Positions 43,710-54,063 of a stretch of 64,000 nucleotides of DNA are shown piece after piece; positions within the stretch are counted from its first letter, which is position 1, and each line of letters begins with the position of its first letter. The stretch spans positions 64,001 to 128,000 of IMG/VR virus record IMGVR_UViG_3300033463_000023; one strand, 5' to 3'. Under the pieces are notes generated by a model, which worked only from the letters and a program-made list of their open reading frames with translations, did not search any database and was not told the DNA's origin. Position numbers and translations under genes: made by a program. This DNA comes from a virus (Duplodnaviria > Caudoviricetes).

Positions 43710-45848
43710 GTGAATATGAATAACGTAGATGTTTACAGACTGTTCCAGGCGCAGTTCAACCGCCTGCAGGAGACAGGGAAGCTGTTCCGCTCCACGGTGA
43801 CGGGACGGCAGGTGTGGGAGGCGTACATGCGGGGCTTCGACAACGACCCGATATGGCGCAGCCCGGAATCGAGCGAGCACAACTGCAACACGTGCCGAAA
43901 CTTCTTTGAGCGCTACGGCAACGTCGTGGCGATTGACGGCGACCTGAACGTGATGACGATGTTCGACGGCGAGACGACGGACGAGTACCGCGAGTCGTTC
44001 CGCCTGATGTCGGAGCTGCTGAAGAGTGCGCCCGTCGGCGGCGTGTTCGTCGAGACGTTCAGCTATCTCAACAGCGTGCCTTACGAGAAGGCAAACCGCA
44101 ACGCCGAGGACTTCGCGCTGGGCGTGGCACGTAACCAGAAGATCTACACCGAGGCCGAAGCCCGTCAGTTCGGCGTGGTCGAGGCGGGCCGCGTCTATAC
44201 CTTTGATCACTTCATGGTGCGGCTCAACAAGAAGTTCGTGTCGTTCACCAATGACTCCCGCGAGGCGCTGGAAGCCCGCTACCGTGAGGACAAGGTGCAG
44301 CTGGAGAAGGCCTACAATACCATCGGCGAGGACACGCTGCAGCTGGTGATAGACCTGATCAGGCAGGGCTCGCTGCTCAACGGCGACGCCTACCTGAAGA
44401 AGGTGGAGGACTTCCGGGACATGATTCACAGCCTACATGCCTACGCCGACATGAACGACCAGCAGCGTGACAACCTATTCTGGAAGGAGAGCTACAAGTA
44501 CCAGTACGCCCGCTTCCGCACCGAGCTCATCGGCACGCTCTGCACGGAGCTGGCCGAGGGCAAGGAGTTGGCGAAGGCTTGCACCGACTGGAACAAGCGC
44601 GTGGATCCTGCCAACTACATGAAGGCGAAGGCCCCCATCACGCAGCAGATGATTGACGCGGCCAGGGCGTTCGTCACGGAGAACGGCTACGAGCAGAGTT
44701 TCAACCGCCGCTGTGCCACGATGGAGGATATCAAGGTTTGCGACATCCTTCATGCCAACGCTGGCGACGGAACGATAAAACCCGTGAGCATCTTCGACGG
44801 ACTGAAGCCCACGGCCACACGCCACAAGAGCAGCGAGTTTGATGGTGTTCCGGTGGTAGGCATCGACGAGTTCATGCGCGACATACTGCCGACGTGCAAG
44901 GCTGTGGAGGTGTATCTACAGAACCGCATGGAGAAGAACTTCGTGACGCTGACGGCTCCCGCAGTGGAGGACTCCAAACCCATCTTCAAGTGGCCTAACA
45001 ACTTCGGCTGGACGTACAACGGCAACCTTGCCGGAAAGTCAGAGATACGCGAGGCGGTGAAGCAGGCAGGCGGCTTCGTTGACGCTTACTTCCGTTTCTC
45101 AATCCTTTGGAACGAGAACGGGCAGGACATCTGCGACCTCGACGCTCATGCTTTTGAGCCAAACGGCACGGAGATATACTACTCGACCTACAAAGGACGC
45201 AAGACCCCCATTTGCGGCGGTATGCTCGACATCGACATGATACGACCTGAAGGCCGTGGCGTGGAGAACATCTTCTGGACTGACCCCGAAAGGCTCCAGG
45301 ACGGCGACTACAAGTTTGGCATCGTGAACTACGACGACGGTCCCAACACCGTAACCAAGGCTGAAATCGCTATCGGTGACGAGGTGTTCCAGTACGAAGT
45401 ACCTCACCGCATCCCTCACCGTCAGCCCGCATGGATTGCCACCGTCACCATCAAGGACGGACGCATGACCGCCATCAAGCACAGCGACTACCTGAAGGAC
45501 GGCAGCGGCATAGTGCGCGAAATCTACGGACTGCGTACCTGTGAGTTCCATCGCGTCAGCCTTGTGTGCCTCTCGCCTAACTACTGGCAGTCTGAGGTAG
45601 GCCACAAGCACTACTTCTTCATGCTCGACGGAGCAAAGGCACCGAAAGCCATCCGAGGATTCCACAACGAGTTCCTGACCGCCGACCTCTTAGACCACCG
45701 AAAGGTGATGGAAGTGCTCGGACAGACGCAGCAGGTAGAGAGCACCGACGGCCAGCTGTCGGGCTTAGGCTTCAATGCCACCGTGCGCGACGAGATGGTT
45801 GTCCGCGTCACGGGGAAGGACAACAGGGTTATCAGAATAAAATTCTAA
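43710..45848 (+). CDS. Large phage protein, 712 aa, with N-terminal HxCxxC and C-terminal YfaP/DUF2135-like segment
   Basis: EHNCNTCRNF; DLDAHAFEPNG.EIYYS...GGMLDIDM...VENIFW. Confidence 0.75.
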   Translation: MNMNNVDVYRLFQAQFNRLQETGKLFRSTVTGRQVWEAYMRGFDNDPIWRSPESSEHNCNTCRNFFERYGNVVAIDGDLNVMTMFDGETTDEYRESFRLMSELLKSAPVGGVFVETFSYLNSVPYEKANRNAEDFALGVARNQKIYTEAEARQFGVVEAGRVYTFDHFMVRLNKKFVSFTNDSREALEARYREDKVQLEKAYNTIGEDTLQLVIDLIRQGSLLNGDAYLKKVEDFRDMIHSLHAYADMNDQQRDNLFWKESYKYQYARFRTELIGTLCTELAEGKELAKACTDWNKRVDPANYMKAKAPITQQMIDAARAFVTENGYEQSFNRRCATMEDIKVCDILHANAGDGTIKPVSIFDGLKPTATRHKSSEFDGVPVVGIDEFMRDILPTCKAVEVYLQNRMEKNFVTLTAPAVEDSKPIFKWPNNFGWTYNGNLAGKSEIREAVKQAGGFVDAYFRFSILWNENGQDICDLDAHAFEPNGTEIYYSTYKGRKTPICGGMLDIDMIRPEGRGVENIFWTDPERLQDGDYKFGIVNYDDGPNTVTKAEIAIGDEVFQYEVPHRIPHRQPAWIATVTIKDGRMTAIKHSDYLKDGSGIVREIYGLRTCEFHRVSLVCLSPNYWQSEVGHKHYFFMLDGAKAPKAIRGFHNEFLTADLLDHRKVMEVLGQTQQVESTDGQLSGLGFNATVRDEMVVRVTGKDNRVIRIKF

Positions 45849-45867
45849 TCATTTAATCATTACAACT

Positions 45868-46254
45868 ATGTACAAGAAAGCAAGCCAAATGAAACTGCGC
45901 ATCGCCACCAGCCGTGGCATGCTGAGTGTAGAACATCTGTGGGATCTGCCGAAGGACGAGATCGGACAGATAGCCACCGACGTACACCGTACCATCAAGG
46001 AGGCCGAGGCCGCCGACGAACTGGGATTCCTCCGCCTGCCGGAGCGTAAGGAGCAGACAGCGGAAGAACTTACCTTCAACATCCTGAAGGACATCTATCT
46101 GACCAAGCAGGAAGAGGAGGATAAGGCTCACCGCCGCGCCAAGGCTCGCGAGAACAACCGCCGCATACTGGAACACATCGCCCGCAAGCAGGACGAGGAA
46201 CTGGCCGGCAAGAGCATCGACGAGCTGCAGGCCATGCTCGAAGCAGAGGACTAA
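45868..46254 (+). CDS. Conserved-looking phage coiled-coil protein
   Basis: KASQMKLRIATSRGMLSVEHLWDLP. Confidence 0.75.
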   Translation: MYKKASQMKLRIATSRGMLSVEHLWDLPKDEIGQIATDVHRTIKEAEAADELGFLRLPERKEQTAEELTFNILKDIYLTKQEEEDKAHRRAKARENNRRILEHIARKQDEELAGKSIDELQAMLEAED

Positions 46255-46457
46255 GCGATATGAATGCTCGGCATGCAGGTTCTGGATGAAGTCGCAGACG
46301 CACGGTAACCATTGTGTCTGCTTGGGCAGGAAGCCGTGCGACCGCGACCGGCGCGACAAGGTGGCGGAACACCGCAAGAAGCACAACAGGCGCCGCCAGA
46401 AATGGGAGTAAAGACAAATTGAACGGATTAATATTTTCAATTCAAAACGAGAGAACT

Positions 46458-47081
46458 ATGTTTGAGAACATGCAGCAGACCTTCAATGGTCTATTTGGTA
46501 AGATTGCACCGGGTATGTGCCGTCTTACGATGAACGGCAACATTGCCGTTAAGTGCAGTAACGGTTACAAGTGCTACAACGTGAAGAAGGGCACTTTGAC
46601 CAACGTGACTAACTTCTGCTTCAACGTGGGCGACGAGATGTTCTTCGTCATCCCGACGAACAAGGTGGAGGTTGGCGACATCATTCTCGTGCAGGGCAAG
46701 CCCAAGTGCGTGACGGCTGCCGACAAGAAGGTGATTACAGTGATCGACTACGAGAACTCTGAGGTGCGTCAGGTAGTGCCAGAGCGTCATGTGTTCATGG
46801 GCAGCACGTATTTCTATGGTAAGGTCATTTCGATGTTCGGCAACTCGTTTAAGCAGGGCAAGGGTCTTGGCAACGTGATGAAGATGATGATGTTCTCGCA
46901 GATGATGGGCGGCGGCAACGCTGGCGGTGGCACAATGGGCAACCTCGGTCAGATGATGGCGATGTCGATGTTCATGGGCGGTGGCAGCAATCCTTTCGAG
47001 GGTATGTTTGACTTCTCACTCGATGCACCTGCCGATGAGGACGACGATGAAACTGAAAGTGAAACAAAAAATGAAGATTAA
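46458..47081 (+). CDS. Hypothetical protein with Met/Gly-rich C-terminus
   Basis: Likely start MFENMQQ at 46458. Confidence 0.75.
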   Translation: MFENMQQTFNGLFGKIAPGMCRLTMNGNIAVKCSNGYKCYNVKKGTLTNVTNFCFNVGDEMFFVIPTNKVEVGDIILVQGKPKCVTAADKKVITVIDYENSEVRQVVPERHVFMGSTYFYGKVISMFGNSFKQGKGLGNVMKMMMFSQMMGGGNAGGGTMGNLGQMMAMSMFMGGGSNPFEGMFDFSLDAPADEDDDETESETKNED

Positions 47082-47181
47082 TTATGGGAGCAATTAACAA
47101 AACCGATTTTCGCGAGTATGGTAAGACTGAGGAGCAGACTCAGCATGTAGAGAACACTGAAAAGAAGCAGGAGGAATAGTC

Positions 47182-48060
47182 ATGGGTAGCGGAACAGTAT
47201 CACACAGCAGTCTGAAGAGCTATGCTTCTTCTTTGGGCCGCTCTTACGACAGCAGTACAGGACGTGTGAAGGGTCAGACCTTCGAGGCACGTAATATTGA
47301 TCCGACGCTCAACCCTCGCGGTTTCAAAGTCCGTGAGTGTTGCAACAGCGACGAGCACCCTAACACGGTGCCCGTCATCCTGGCACTCGACGTGACCGGA
47401 TCTATGGGCGAAGCCTGCGCTGAGACCGCTGCAGCCCTCGGCAAGATTGTCACCAGCCTTTACGACAAGTTTGCCGACATCGAGTTCTGCATCATGGGCA
47501 TTGGCGACCTCGACTACGACCACGCCCCAATCCAGATGAGCCAGTTCGAGAGTGACGTGCGCATCGCCGTGTCGCTCGACAAGGTGTTCATGGAGCATGG
47601 CGGTGGCGGCAACGGCTTTGAGAGTTATACCGCCGCATGGTATATGGGCTTGCATCGCACGAAGCTCGACTGCTACGACAAGCAGGGTCGCAAGGGTATC
47701 ATCATCACAATGGGCGACGAGCCCCTGAATCCCTATCTGCCAGCCCGTGAACTGAACCCCTGCATCGACGCTACGGAAGAGCGCGACATCGAGACGCCGC
47801 TGCTCTACAACCAGGCATCGCAGAAGTTCGACATCTTCCACATAGCCGTTGACAGTCCCCGCTGCTGCTACCGTCGCTATCAGCACGACGTTGACAATTC
47901 TTTCGGTCAGCAGCTTGGCTCACGCTACAAGGTTTCGACCATCGACAGTCTGGCGCAGACCATCGAGGACTGCATCGCAGAGAGTATTCAAGGCGTGGCC
48001 GCTGCCCCTGCTCAGGAGGCACAGCCCGCACAGCAGAATAGTAACGGCATCAGTTGGTAA
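47182..48060 (+). CDS. von Willebrand factor A (VWA) domain protein
   Basis: MIDAS-like LALDVTGSMG, GGGGNGFESY, ITMGDE. Confidence 0.85.
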   Translation: MGSGTVSHSSLKSYASSLGRSYDSSTGRVKGQTFEARNIDPTLNPRGFKVRECCNSDEHPNTVPVILALDVTGSMGEACAETAAALGKIVTSLYDKFADIEFCIMGIGDLDYDHAPIQMSQFESDVRIAVSLDKVFMEHGGGGNGFESYTAAWYMGLHRTKLDCYDKQGRKGIIITMGDEPLNPYLPARELNPCIDATEERDIETPLLYNQASQKFDIFHIAVDSPRCCYRRYQHDVDNSFGQQLGSRYKVSTIDSLAQTIEDCIAESIQGVAAAPAQEAQPAQQNSNGISW

Positions 48061-48064
48061 GCGT

Positions 48065-49135
48065 ATGAAGGCAAGTATCGTAATCGGTGCAAACTACGGC
48101 GACGAGGGCAAGGGAACCGTCGTTGCACGGCTCGCCAAGGAGAGCACCAACGTACTGAACATCCTCACGAATGGAGGCTCACAGCGTGGGCACTCCATTC
48201 TCACCAAGGACGGCTCGATGACGTTCCAGCACTTCGGCAGCGGCACCTACCACGGAGCCGACTCGTACTACGGTCCTGAATATGTGCTGAACCCCATGCA
48301 GTTCGTCAAAGAGTACACGGAACTGATTCGCAAGCCGGAGCATATTTATCGCGACCGCCGCTGCCGTTGGTCAACGCCCTACGACGTGATGGCCAACCTC
48401 ATTGACGAGGAACAGCGCCGTCGCAAGGCCAGCTGCGGCATGGGTATCTGGTTCACCATCCGACGCTGCAATCAGACCCCCATCATGCTGTTCGAAGACT
48501 TCATGCACCTTACGCCATCCATCCAGGAAGCCTATCTCGATGGTGTGATGCGATACTACGAGCGGCAGATGGACATCTCGAAAAAGTGGCGTGACATCTG
48601 GTTTTCCGACGGTGTGCGATCTCACTTCTATAAAGACTGTGAAACCATGCAATCGCTGACCACTGTGGCTGACCTAAAGAATATCACCGGCTACGACCAC
48701 CTCATATTCGAGAACGGTCAGGGCCTGCTACTCAGCGACACAGGCCGCGACACCGCCGACACCACCCCGTCGGACACCGGCATCCAGTACGGCCTTCGTA
48801 TGGCCCGCGAGTGCGGCATTACCGACATCACCGCCCACTACGTCACCCGTCCCTACCTCACCCGTCACGGCGACGGAGCGATGGAGTCAGAAGTGATGCA
48901 CCGTCACACCATCAGCCGCGACGTGCAACCCGACCGTACCAATGAGTACAACGAGCATCAAGGCCAGTTCCGTTACGGCGGTCTCGACATCAACCGACTG
49001 TGGCAGCGCATCCATGCCGACGCAAAAGATGTGCCCTACGTCGTAGAACTTACACACTGCGACGAAATGAACCGCGAACCCGACTTCCGTTGCACATTCG
49101 AGAAGGTCATCTGCACCGACAAGGCAATGGTATAA
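48065..49135 (+). CDS. Divergent adenylosuccinate-synthetase (PurA)-family ligase, 356 aa
   Basis: IGANYGDEGKG, NGGSQRGH, SCGMG, FENGQGLLL, RPYLTRHG; start 48065. Confidence 0.85.
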   Translation: MKASIVIGANYGDEGKGTVVARLAKESTNVLNILTNGGSQRGHSILTKDGSMTFQHFGSGTYHGADSYYGPEYVLNPMQFVKEYTELIRKPEHIYRDRRCRWSTPYDVMANLIDEEQRRRKASCGMGIWFTIRRCNQTPIMLFEDFMHLTPSIQEAYLDGVMRYYERQMDISKKWRDIWFSDGVRSHFYKDCETMQSLTTVADLKNITGYDHLIFENGQGLLLSDTGRDTADTTPSDTGIQYGLRMARECGITDITAHYVTRPYLTRHGDGAMESEVMHRHTISRDVQPDRTNEYNEHQGQFRYGGLDINRLWQRIHADAKDVPYVVELTHCDEMNREPDFRCTFEKVICTDKAMV

Positions 49136-49152
49136 TATAAAGGATTAGCGAT

Positions 49153-49503
49153 ATGGACAATACGAAATTTACGCCCGTCTGTATGGCGGAAGAGTTCTGG
49201 GCCTGCTCGCAGTTCTCGGTGGCGAGGCATACCGGACACATCAGACTCAACGGTCACGAGTACGTGATCGTGAACAAGGAGGGCAAGGATATCTTCCAGT
49301 GCAGCATCGAGGCGGAGAAGGCTGGACGAGACAAGGCCATCGAGCCCGGCGAGCCCGCAGACCTCTGCCGCCGGGACTTCGTGATGTACTACCGCAGGCT
49401 GGGCCGCGACGCGTTCCTCCAGGTGCTGAAGGACAACCCAGCCGCCACCGACAGGGAGCTGATGAAGATCTACAAGGAGAGAATCAAGGAGGAAAAGATA
49501 TGA
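49153..49503 (+). CDS. Hypothetical protein
   Basis: 116-aa ORF. Confidence 0.65.
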   Translation: MDNTKFTPVCMAEEFWACSQFSVARHTGHIRLNGHEYVIVNKEGKDIFQCSIEAEKAGRDKAIEPGEPADLCRRDFVMYYRRLGRDAFLQVLKDNPAATDRELMKIYKERIKEEKI

Positions 49504-49826
49504 ACGAGCAGTTTGACATAGTGAACCTCCTGAACAACAAGGAGGCGCTGATAAGGTACATCCTCGGCATGATCACGTCGGGCGAGAAGTTCGCCCAGAA
49601 CCTGCCGCAGATGCGCGAGCGGGGATGGAGCGAGCAGGGCATGCTTGACAAGGTGATCGAGATAACCGCCATACAGTCGCAGCAGATCAAGCACCTGGCG
49701 CTGGTGGCCCTGATCGCCGTGCAGTCGAGCGACTTCGACGGCAGCGTGGGCGAGATGATGGTCAAGATGGGCCGCGGCGAGGAGGCGCTGAAGGCGATGT
49801 TCGACGCGAAGCTGAAAGGGAAATAG
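49500..49826 (+). CDS. Hypothetical protein
   Basis: MNEQFDIV..., ATGA overlap. Confidence 0.65.
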   Translation: MNEQFDIVNLLNNKEALIRYILGMITSGEKFAQNLPQMRERGWSEQGMLDKVIEITAIQSQQIKHLALVALIAVQSSDFDGSVGEMMVKMGRGEEALKAMFDAKLKGK

Positions 49827-49829
49827 GAC

Positions 49830-50276
49830 ATGAGGAAGATACCTGTTTACTACCAGAAGTTCATAGTCGACCTGAAGGACTGCAGGCACGGCGACTGGGT
49901 CTACGACGACGAGGGACGGCTGTGCTTCGTCGAGGTCAGGCCGGGAGACGGCGAACACGGACCGTGCTACTCGCTTCACAGCTACGGCATCGAGACGTGG
50001 TGCCCCGGCAATACGGCCGTCTTTCCGCTGTCCCTCGCGACGATGGCGATCGCGAGGGACATGGAGGCGCACCGCGACAAGTACCACAGGGCGGGCATCA
50101 TGAACCCCGCCTTCTCGCGGGAGCTGAGGGAGGAGTTCATCAACCTCATGCTCGTCGACGACGAGGCCGACGACTGCAGGGAGCAGTACAGGGCGATATG
50201 GGGGCGGATGAACGCCCGCCTCGAGGAGCGGCTGAGAAGCGCGGAGGTATTACACATCAACAGAAAGGGGAACTGA
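49830..50276 (+). CDS. Hypothetical protein
   Basis: 148-aa ORF. Confidence 0.65.
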   Translation: MRKIPVYYQKFIVDLKDCRHGDWVYDDEGRLCFVEVRPGDGEHGPCYSLHSYGIETWCPGNTAVFPLSLATMAIARDMEAHRDKYHRAGIMNPAFSRELREEFINLMLVDDEADDCREQYRAIWGRMNARLEERLRSAEVLHINRKGN

Positions 50277-50439
50277 GCATGCGGTACATGGTGATAATGA
50301 GGGACAGCTCGGCGTTCATGACCGACTGGTACAGGTACGGGAACTGCTGGACGGAGGACATCTTCTGCGTGGTGGACACATGCGCGGACAGCGTGACCTT
50401 CGACGGCAGGGAGTGGCAGGACGCGGGGAGGGACCATCT

Positions 50440-50679
50440 ATGAACTGGATCAGGACATCGGAACGGCTGCCGGCGACTGACATGTCCGGCGAGAGCGAGT
50501 ACGTGCTGGCGTACAGGGGGCGGCGCTGCATCCCGCAGATCGTGAAGTACTCCGACGGCACGGACGCCAAGCGCGGGTGGTGGACGCAGAGCTTCGGGCA
50601 CATCCCCTTCCATACCGGCCGCGGAAGCAGGCGCCGCCTGACGTTCACGCACTGGTGCGAGATAGAATATCCGGAATAA
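50440..50679 (+). CDS. DUF551-like small phage protein
   Basis: MNWIRTSERLP...THWCEI. Confidence 0.6.
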   Translation: MNWIRTSERLPATDMSGESEYVLAYRGRRCIPQIVKYSDGTDAKRGWWTQSFGHIPFHTGRGSRRRLTFTHWCEIEYPE

Positions 50680-50701
50680 ACAAACATAAAGGAAACAGGT
50701 T

Positions 50702-50923
50702 ATGAAACAGACAGACATCAAGAGGCTCGAGAAGGCGGTCGAGCTCTACAAGAAGATCGAGGCGGTGTTAGACAAGGCGTGCGACAGCATCGAGAGCCAG
50801 CCGACGGAGTACTTCTTCCGCGGCGAGCAGACGACGTCCCGGCTGGTGAAGGAGATGTACGAGGCCGCCATCAGGGAGCGCAAGTACATCGAAGGGAAGA
50901 TAAACGCATTCAAGGAGCTGTGA
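50702..50923 (+). CDS. Hypothetical protein
   Basis: 73-aa ORF. Confidence 0.6.
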   Translation: MKQTDIKRLEKAVELYKKIEAVLDKACDSIESQPTEYFFRGEQTTSRLVKEMYEAAIRERKYIEGKINAFKEL

Positions 50924-50925
50924 TT

Positions 50926-51186
50926 ATGGGAAGACCTGTAGGAAACGGACTGATAGAACTCGTCGACGAGAAATCGAGCGACCATGGGTTCTTCTGCATG
51001 AAGCTGGTGGGCTACATCGGCGAGGAGAGCAAGGAGCAGCTGACGCTCGACTACCAAGACCTGTGGGAACTGCGCTTCTCCGAGGCCAAGGCGGGCCGTT
51101 GTGCCTACCGCGACGCCTGCCCCATCCATGCCAGGGCGGTGGCGAAGCGCGGGAAACAGCCGGTACAACTGACACTCAATTTCTAA
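50926..51186 (+). CDS. Hypothetical protein
   Basis: MGRPVGNGLIE... Confidence 0.6.
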   Translation: MGRPVGNGLIELVDEKSSDHGFFCMKLVGYIGEESKEQLTLDYQDLWELRFSEAKAGRCAYRDACPIHARAVAKRGKQPVQLTLNF

Positions 51187-51190
51187 AGAT

Positions 51191-51454
51191 ATGACACGGG
51201 CAACACATTTCATCGAAACTATCAGTGGTGAATGGATAAAGGGAGCGTCGCAACTGATACCAAACCTGCAGGAAGGTCAGTTCGTGATAACGATGGACGG
51301 CAAGGAAAAGGACTACAGGAAATGGCGTTGGCGAATAGACAAGATAGAAACGATCATTGGAAGCGGTGTCGATTCAGTCCTGCAAAACGTGTTTATGACC
51401 TGCTGTGGTCCCGAAGATCAATGGCAAAAATTCGTAGAAGGGAAAAAGGAATAA
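51191..51454 (+). CDS. Hypothetical protein
   Basis: 87-aa ORF. Confidence 0.55.
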   Translation: MTRATHFIETISGEWIKGASQLIPNLQEGQFVITMDGKEKDYRKWRWRIDKIETIIGSGVDSVLQNVFMTCCGPEDQWQKFVEGKKE

Positions 51455-51458
51455 CAAT

Positions 51459-52010
51459 ATGAACGAGAAGAAGACAGTAGAGCACGCCGCGAGTGTTATC
51501 AAGGCGATGCAAGAAGAGTATGCCAAAGGTGTCATCAAGGATTGGGAAATGCCACCGATGGTGAACATGAAGACGGGAGACACCACAGGTTTTGCCGTAG
51601 TGATTCAGGTCGGCACAAAGTACGACTACGACGAAGAGCTGCTCAGACAATGGAAGGAGCGATTCGATGCCGACGAGTACAAAATCAGCGCACGGCGCAA
51701 TCAGTTGTGGCTGACGTTCACGATTCGGACATTCGTGCCGACGGATGCGCACATCGCTAAGATGGCACACGCAATCGGACTCGACAATGAGCGACCAGAA
51801 GAGGGAGGGTGTTATAAGGCATACCGCAACGGCTCATGGTACGACGAACCTGACCAGCTGTGGGATGAACTGGTTGTGTCCGGCTATGCCACCGACCAAC
51901 GCAGGGAGAAGGATTACAGTTACTATGTCACGCCGAAGGGTATGCAATTCCTCGCACGGCATCATAAGATAATGATTAAGTACACCGAAGAGTACGAAGG
52001 GAGGGTCTGA
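51459..52010 (+). CDS. Hypothetical protein
   Basis: 183-aa ORF. Confidence 0.65.
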   Translation: MNEKKTVEHAASVIKAMQEEYAKGVIKDWEMPPMVNMKTGDTTGFAVVIQVGTKYDYDEELLRQWKERFDADEYKISARRNQLWLTFTIRTFVPTDAHIAKMAHAIGLDNERPEEGGCYKAYRNGSWYDEPDQLWDELVVSGYATDQRREKDYSYYVTPKGMQFLARHHKIMIKYTEEYEGRV

Positions 52011-52013
52011 CCG

Positions 52014-52475
52014 ATGGTACTACACAGATTCATGTCGAAGCGGGAGTACGACGCACTGATGACGGGCGAGGTGCTGCGCAACGATACCGACCACGGGGCG
52101 ATGGGGCAGAAGACGGACAGCGTGGGCTTCTGTTTCTTCCCCGAGCCGCCCGACGAGGCGATACACTGGCTGTCGTTCATCGTCGATGCCGACGTCTGCG
52201 TGACGATGGAGATACCCGACGCGCTGCTGCGCAAGTCGAAAGGCCGTTACCGCGACGTGGAGAAAGACAAAGGCAACGGGCTATTCGACGAGCCGCCGAT
52301 GCTGTGGCGCACGGAATACTGCCTGACGGAGTACAGCCTGCAGACCGTCCGCGTGCTGCACGTTACCGACCAGTACAAGTGGTATGGCCGCATTCCCGAG
52401 AACGCTTCCTTCTTCGAGCGCATCGAACGGCTCCGTATGGTGGGCGAAATGGAGAACAAGCGATTAAAAAATTAA
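52014..52475 (+). CDS. Hypothetical protein
   Basis: 153-aa ORF. Confidence 0.65.
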   Translation: MVLHRFMSKREYDALMTGEVLRNDTDHGAMGQKTDSVGFCFFPEPPDEAIHWLSFIVDADVCVTMEIPDALLRKSKGRYRDVEKDKGNGLFDEPPMLWRTEYCLTEYSLQTVRVLHVTDQYKWYGRIPENASFFERIERLRMVGEMENKRLKN

Positions 52476-52487
52476 AGATTTAGCGAT

Positions 52488-52778
52488 ATGATTAACAATT
52501 TCAAACTGACGGGGGAGATTCACGCCGACATCCCAACGGTATGCGAGGCCATTGAATATGCAAAGGCTTTGGTCGATGGGCTTATGGAGGAAGCCACGGG
52601 TAAGATGAACATCAAGGAGCATCCGAGGAACACGGCTGTGTTCGTGGATATGCTCGAACTGCAAAAGACGGTGGCTCAGGCGAAATCCTGCACTGACCGT
52701 CTGGCTTGGGACGAGAAGCGGCGGTTCTATGGCCCGCTGGCTGACAGAGACGACATTTTCATTGGTAAACACGATTGA
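52488..52778 (+). CDS. Hypothetical protein
   Basis: 96-aa ORF. Confidence 0.6.
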   Translation: MINNFKLTGEIHADIPTVCEAIEYAKALVDGLMEEATGKMNIKEHPRNTAVFVDMLELQKTVAQAKSCTDRLAWDEKRRFYGPLADRDDIFIGKHD

Positions 52779-52781
52779 CGT

Positions 52782-53339
52782 ATGAAGACAGAGAACTATT
52801 TAGACCCTGAGCGGCTGGCGAAGTTACAGCAGCGGATATGGGACGTGGCGACGGCGCACGGCTGGCACGAACAGCCAATATCGACGGCGCAGTATTGCGG
52901 ACTGATAATGACCGAAATGGCCGAAGCAATCGAGGCCGATCGCAACGGCAGACGCTTCAAGATGACATCGGCACCGCCCGAACACCCGCAATGGTTCCAA
53001 GGCTGGTATCAGGAGTGGGTAAAAGGAACCATCGAAGAAGAGTTTGCCGACGTAGTGATCCGCGTGCTCGACATGGCGCAGGAGGTTCACGGCGACAAGA
53101 TGCGCTGGCTGGGCTACTACCCCTGGGGGCAGACGTACCACGAAAAGGATAGTTTCATCGAGAATGCCTGGTACTTCATCCGCGAGGTGCTGAACTGGGG
53201 CACGATGAACATCAGCGATTGCGTGTCGTTCATGTTCGACTGGGCGCAAGACCTCGGCATCGACCTGTGGCAGCACATCGAATGGAAGATGAAGTACAAC
53301 GAACTCCGTCCGTATAAGCATGGCGGGAAGAAATATTAA
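52782..53339 (+). CDS. MazG-like nucleotide pyrophosphohydrolase
   Basis: TEMAEAIEADR...EEEFADVVIRVLD (ExxE...ExxD), KMKYNELRPYKHG. Confidence 0.8.
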   Translation: MKTENYLDPERLAKLQQRIWDVATAHGWHEQPISTAQYCGLIMTEMAEAIEADRNGRRFKMTSAPPEHPQWFQGWYQEWVKGTIEEEFADVVIRVLDMAQEVHGDKMRWLGYYPWGQTYHEKDSFIENAWYFIREVLNWGTMNISDCVSFMFDWAQDLGIDLWQHIEWKMKYNELRPYKHGGKKY

Positions 53340-53352
53340 GGAGGACTGACGG

Positions 53353-54063
53353 ATGAACGAACCGATTTGTGCCGAGTGCAAGAAATGGGATATGGGCGAG
53401 ACGTGGGGTACGGGGCGCGGCAAGACTATCGTGGAGTGCCGTGGATGGTGCCACAAGACACCGTGGCGCAAGCCGCGATGGAACTACGAACCCGTCTGCG
53501 GCAGCTTCGACCCACGCGAAAAGACCAGCCTGATACTGCACGGTCAGGGCTATCCGACCGAAGAGCAGTTGCAGGAGATTGACGAAGAGATAAGAAAATT
53601 CTTAAACAAGGACGATATGGAACAACAGGAACAACCCAAGCGTGACAAGGCGGCTGAGTATGCCGAGGTGGTAGGCCGACGCTTCCGACCGACGTTCGAC
53701 TCGCCGATTGACTATTTCGAGATTCGCGGCTACGATGCCGAGCGCGACATGGTGCTGACCACGGCACATCCAAAGCAGGGCGACCCCTTCGACGATGAGA
53801 TTGAAGAGGTATATCTGATGGGCGCTTTCGAGAATGGTGACTACAAGGCCATCAACGACAAACCCGTTGATGAGCGGACGTTTGAAATCATGGCACGGCC
53901 ATACCTCGACATGATGCCGCCAACGGTGACGCGCAAGCAGAAGTTCTGCGGCCCGTGCTGCGACCGCTGCCAGCACCGCTTCGGCACGACGAGCAACCGC
54001 GAATGGTGCAGCAGCCACTACGAGAATGATAAGTGTTACAGATTCAAATTGGCCAAGCAATGA
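53353..54063 (+). CDS. Hypothetical protein with terminal Cys clusters
   Basis: CAECKKW and CCDRCQH motifs. Confidence 0.6.
   Translation: MNEPICAECKKWDMGETWGTGRGKTIVECRGWCHKTPWRKPRWNYEPVCGSFDPREKTSLILHGQGYPTEEQLQEIDEEIRKFLNKDDMEQQEQPKRDKAAEYAEVVGRRFRPTFDSPIDYFEIRGYDAERDMVLTTAHPKQGDPFDDEIEEVYLMGAFENGDYKAINDKPVDERTFEIMARPYLDMMPPTVTRKQKFCGPCCDRCQHRFGTTSNREWCSSHYENDKCYRFKLAKQ

Noticed and set aside
48065-49135. PurZ (2-aminoadenine DNA) call
   Set aside because: Retains GDEGKG with Asp rather than the PurZ Ser; no DatZ-like gene or DNA polymerase seen in the window.
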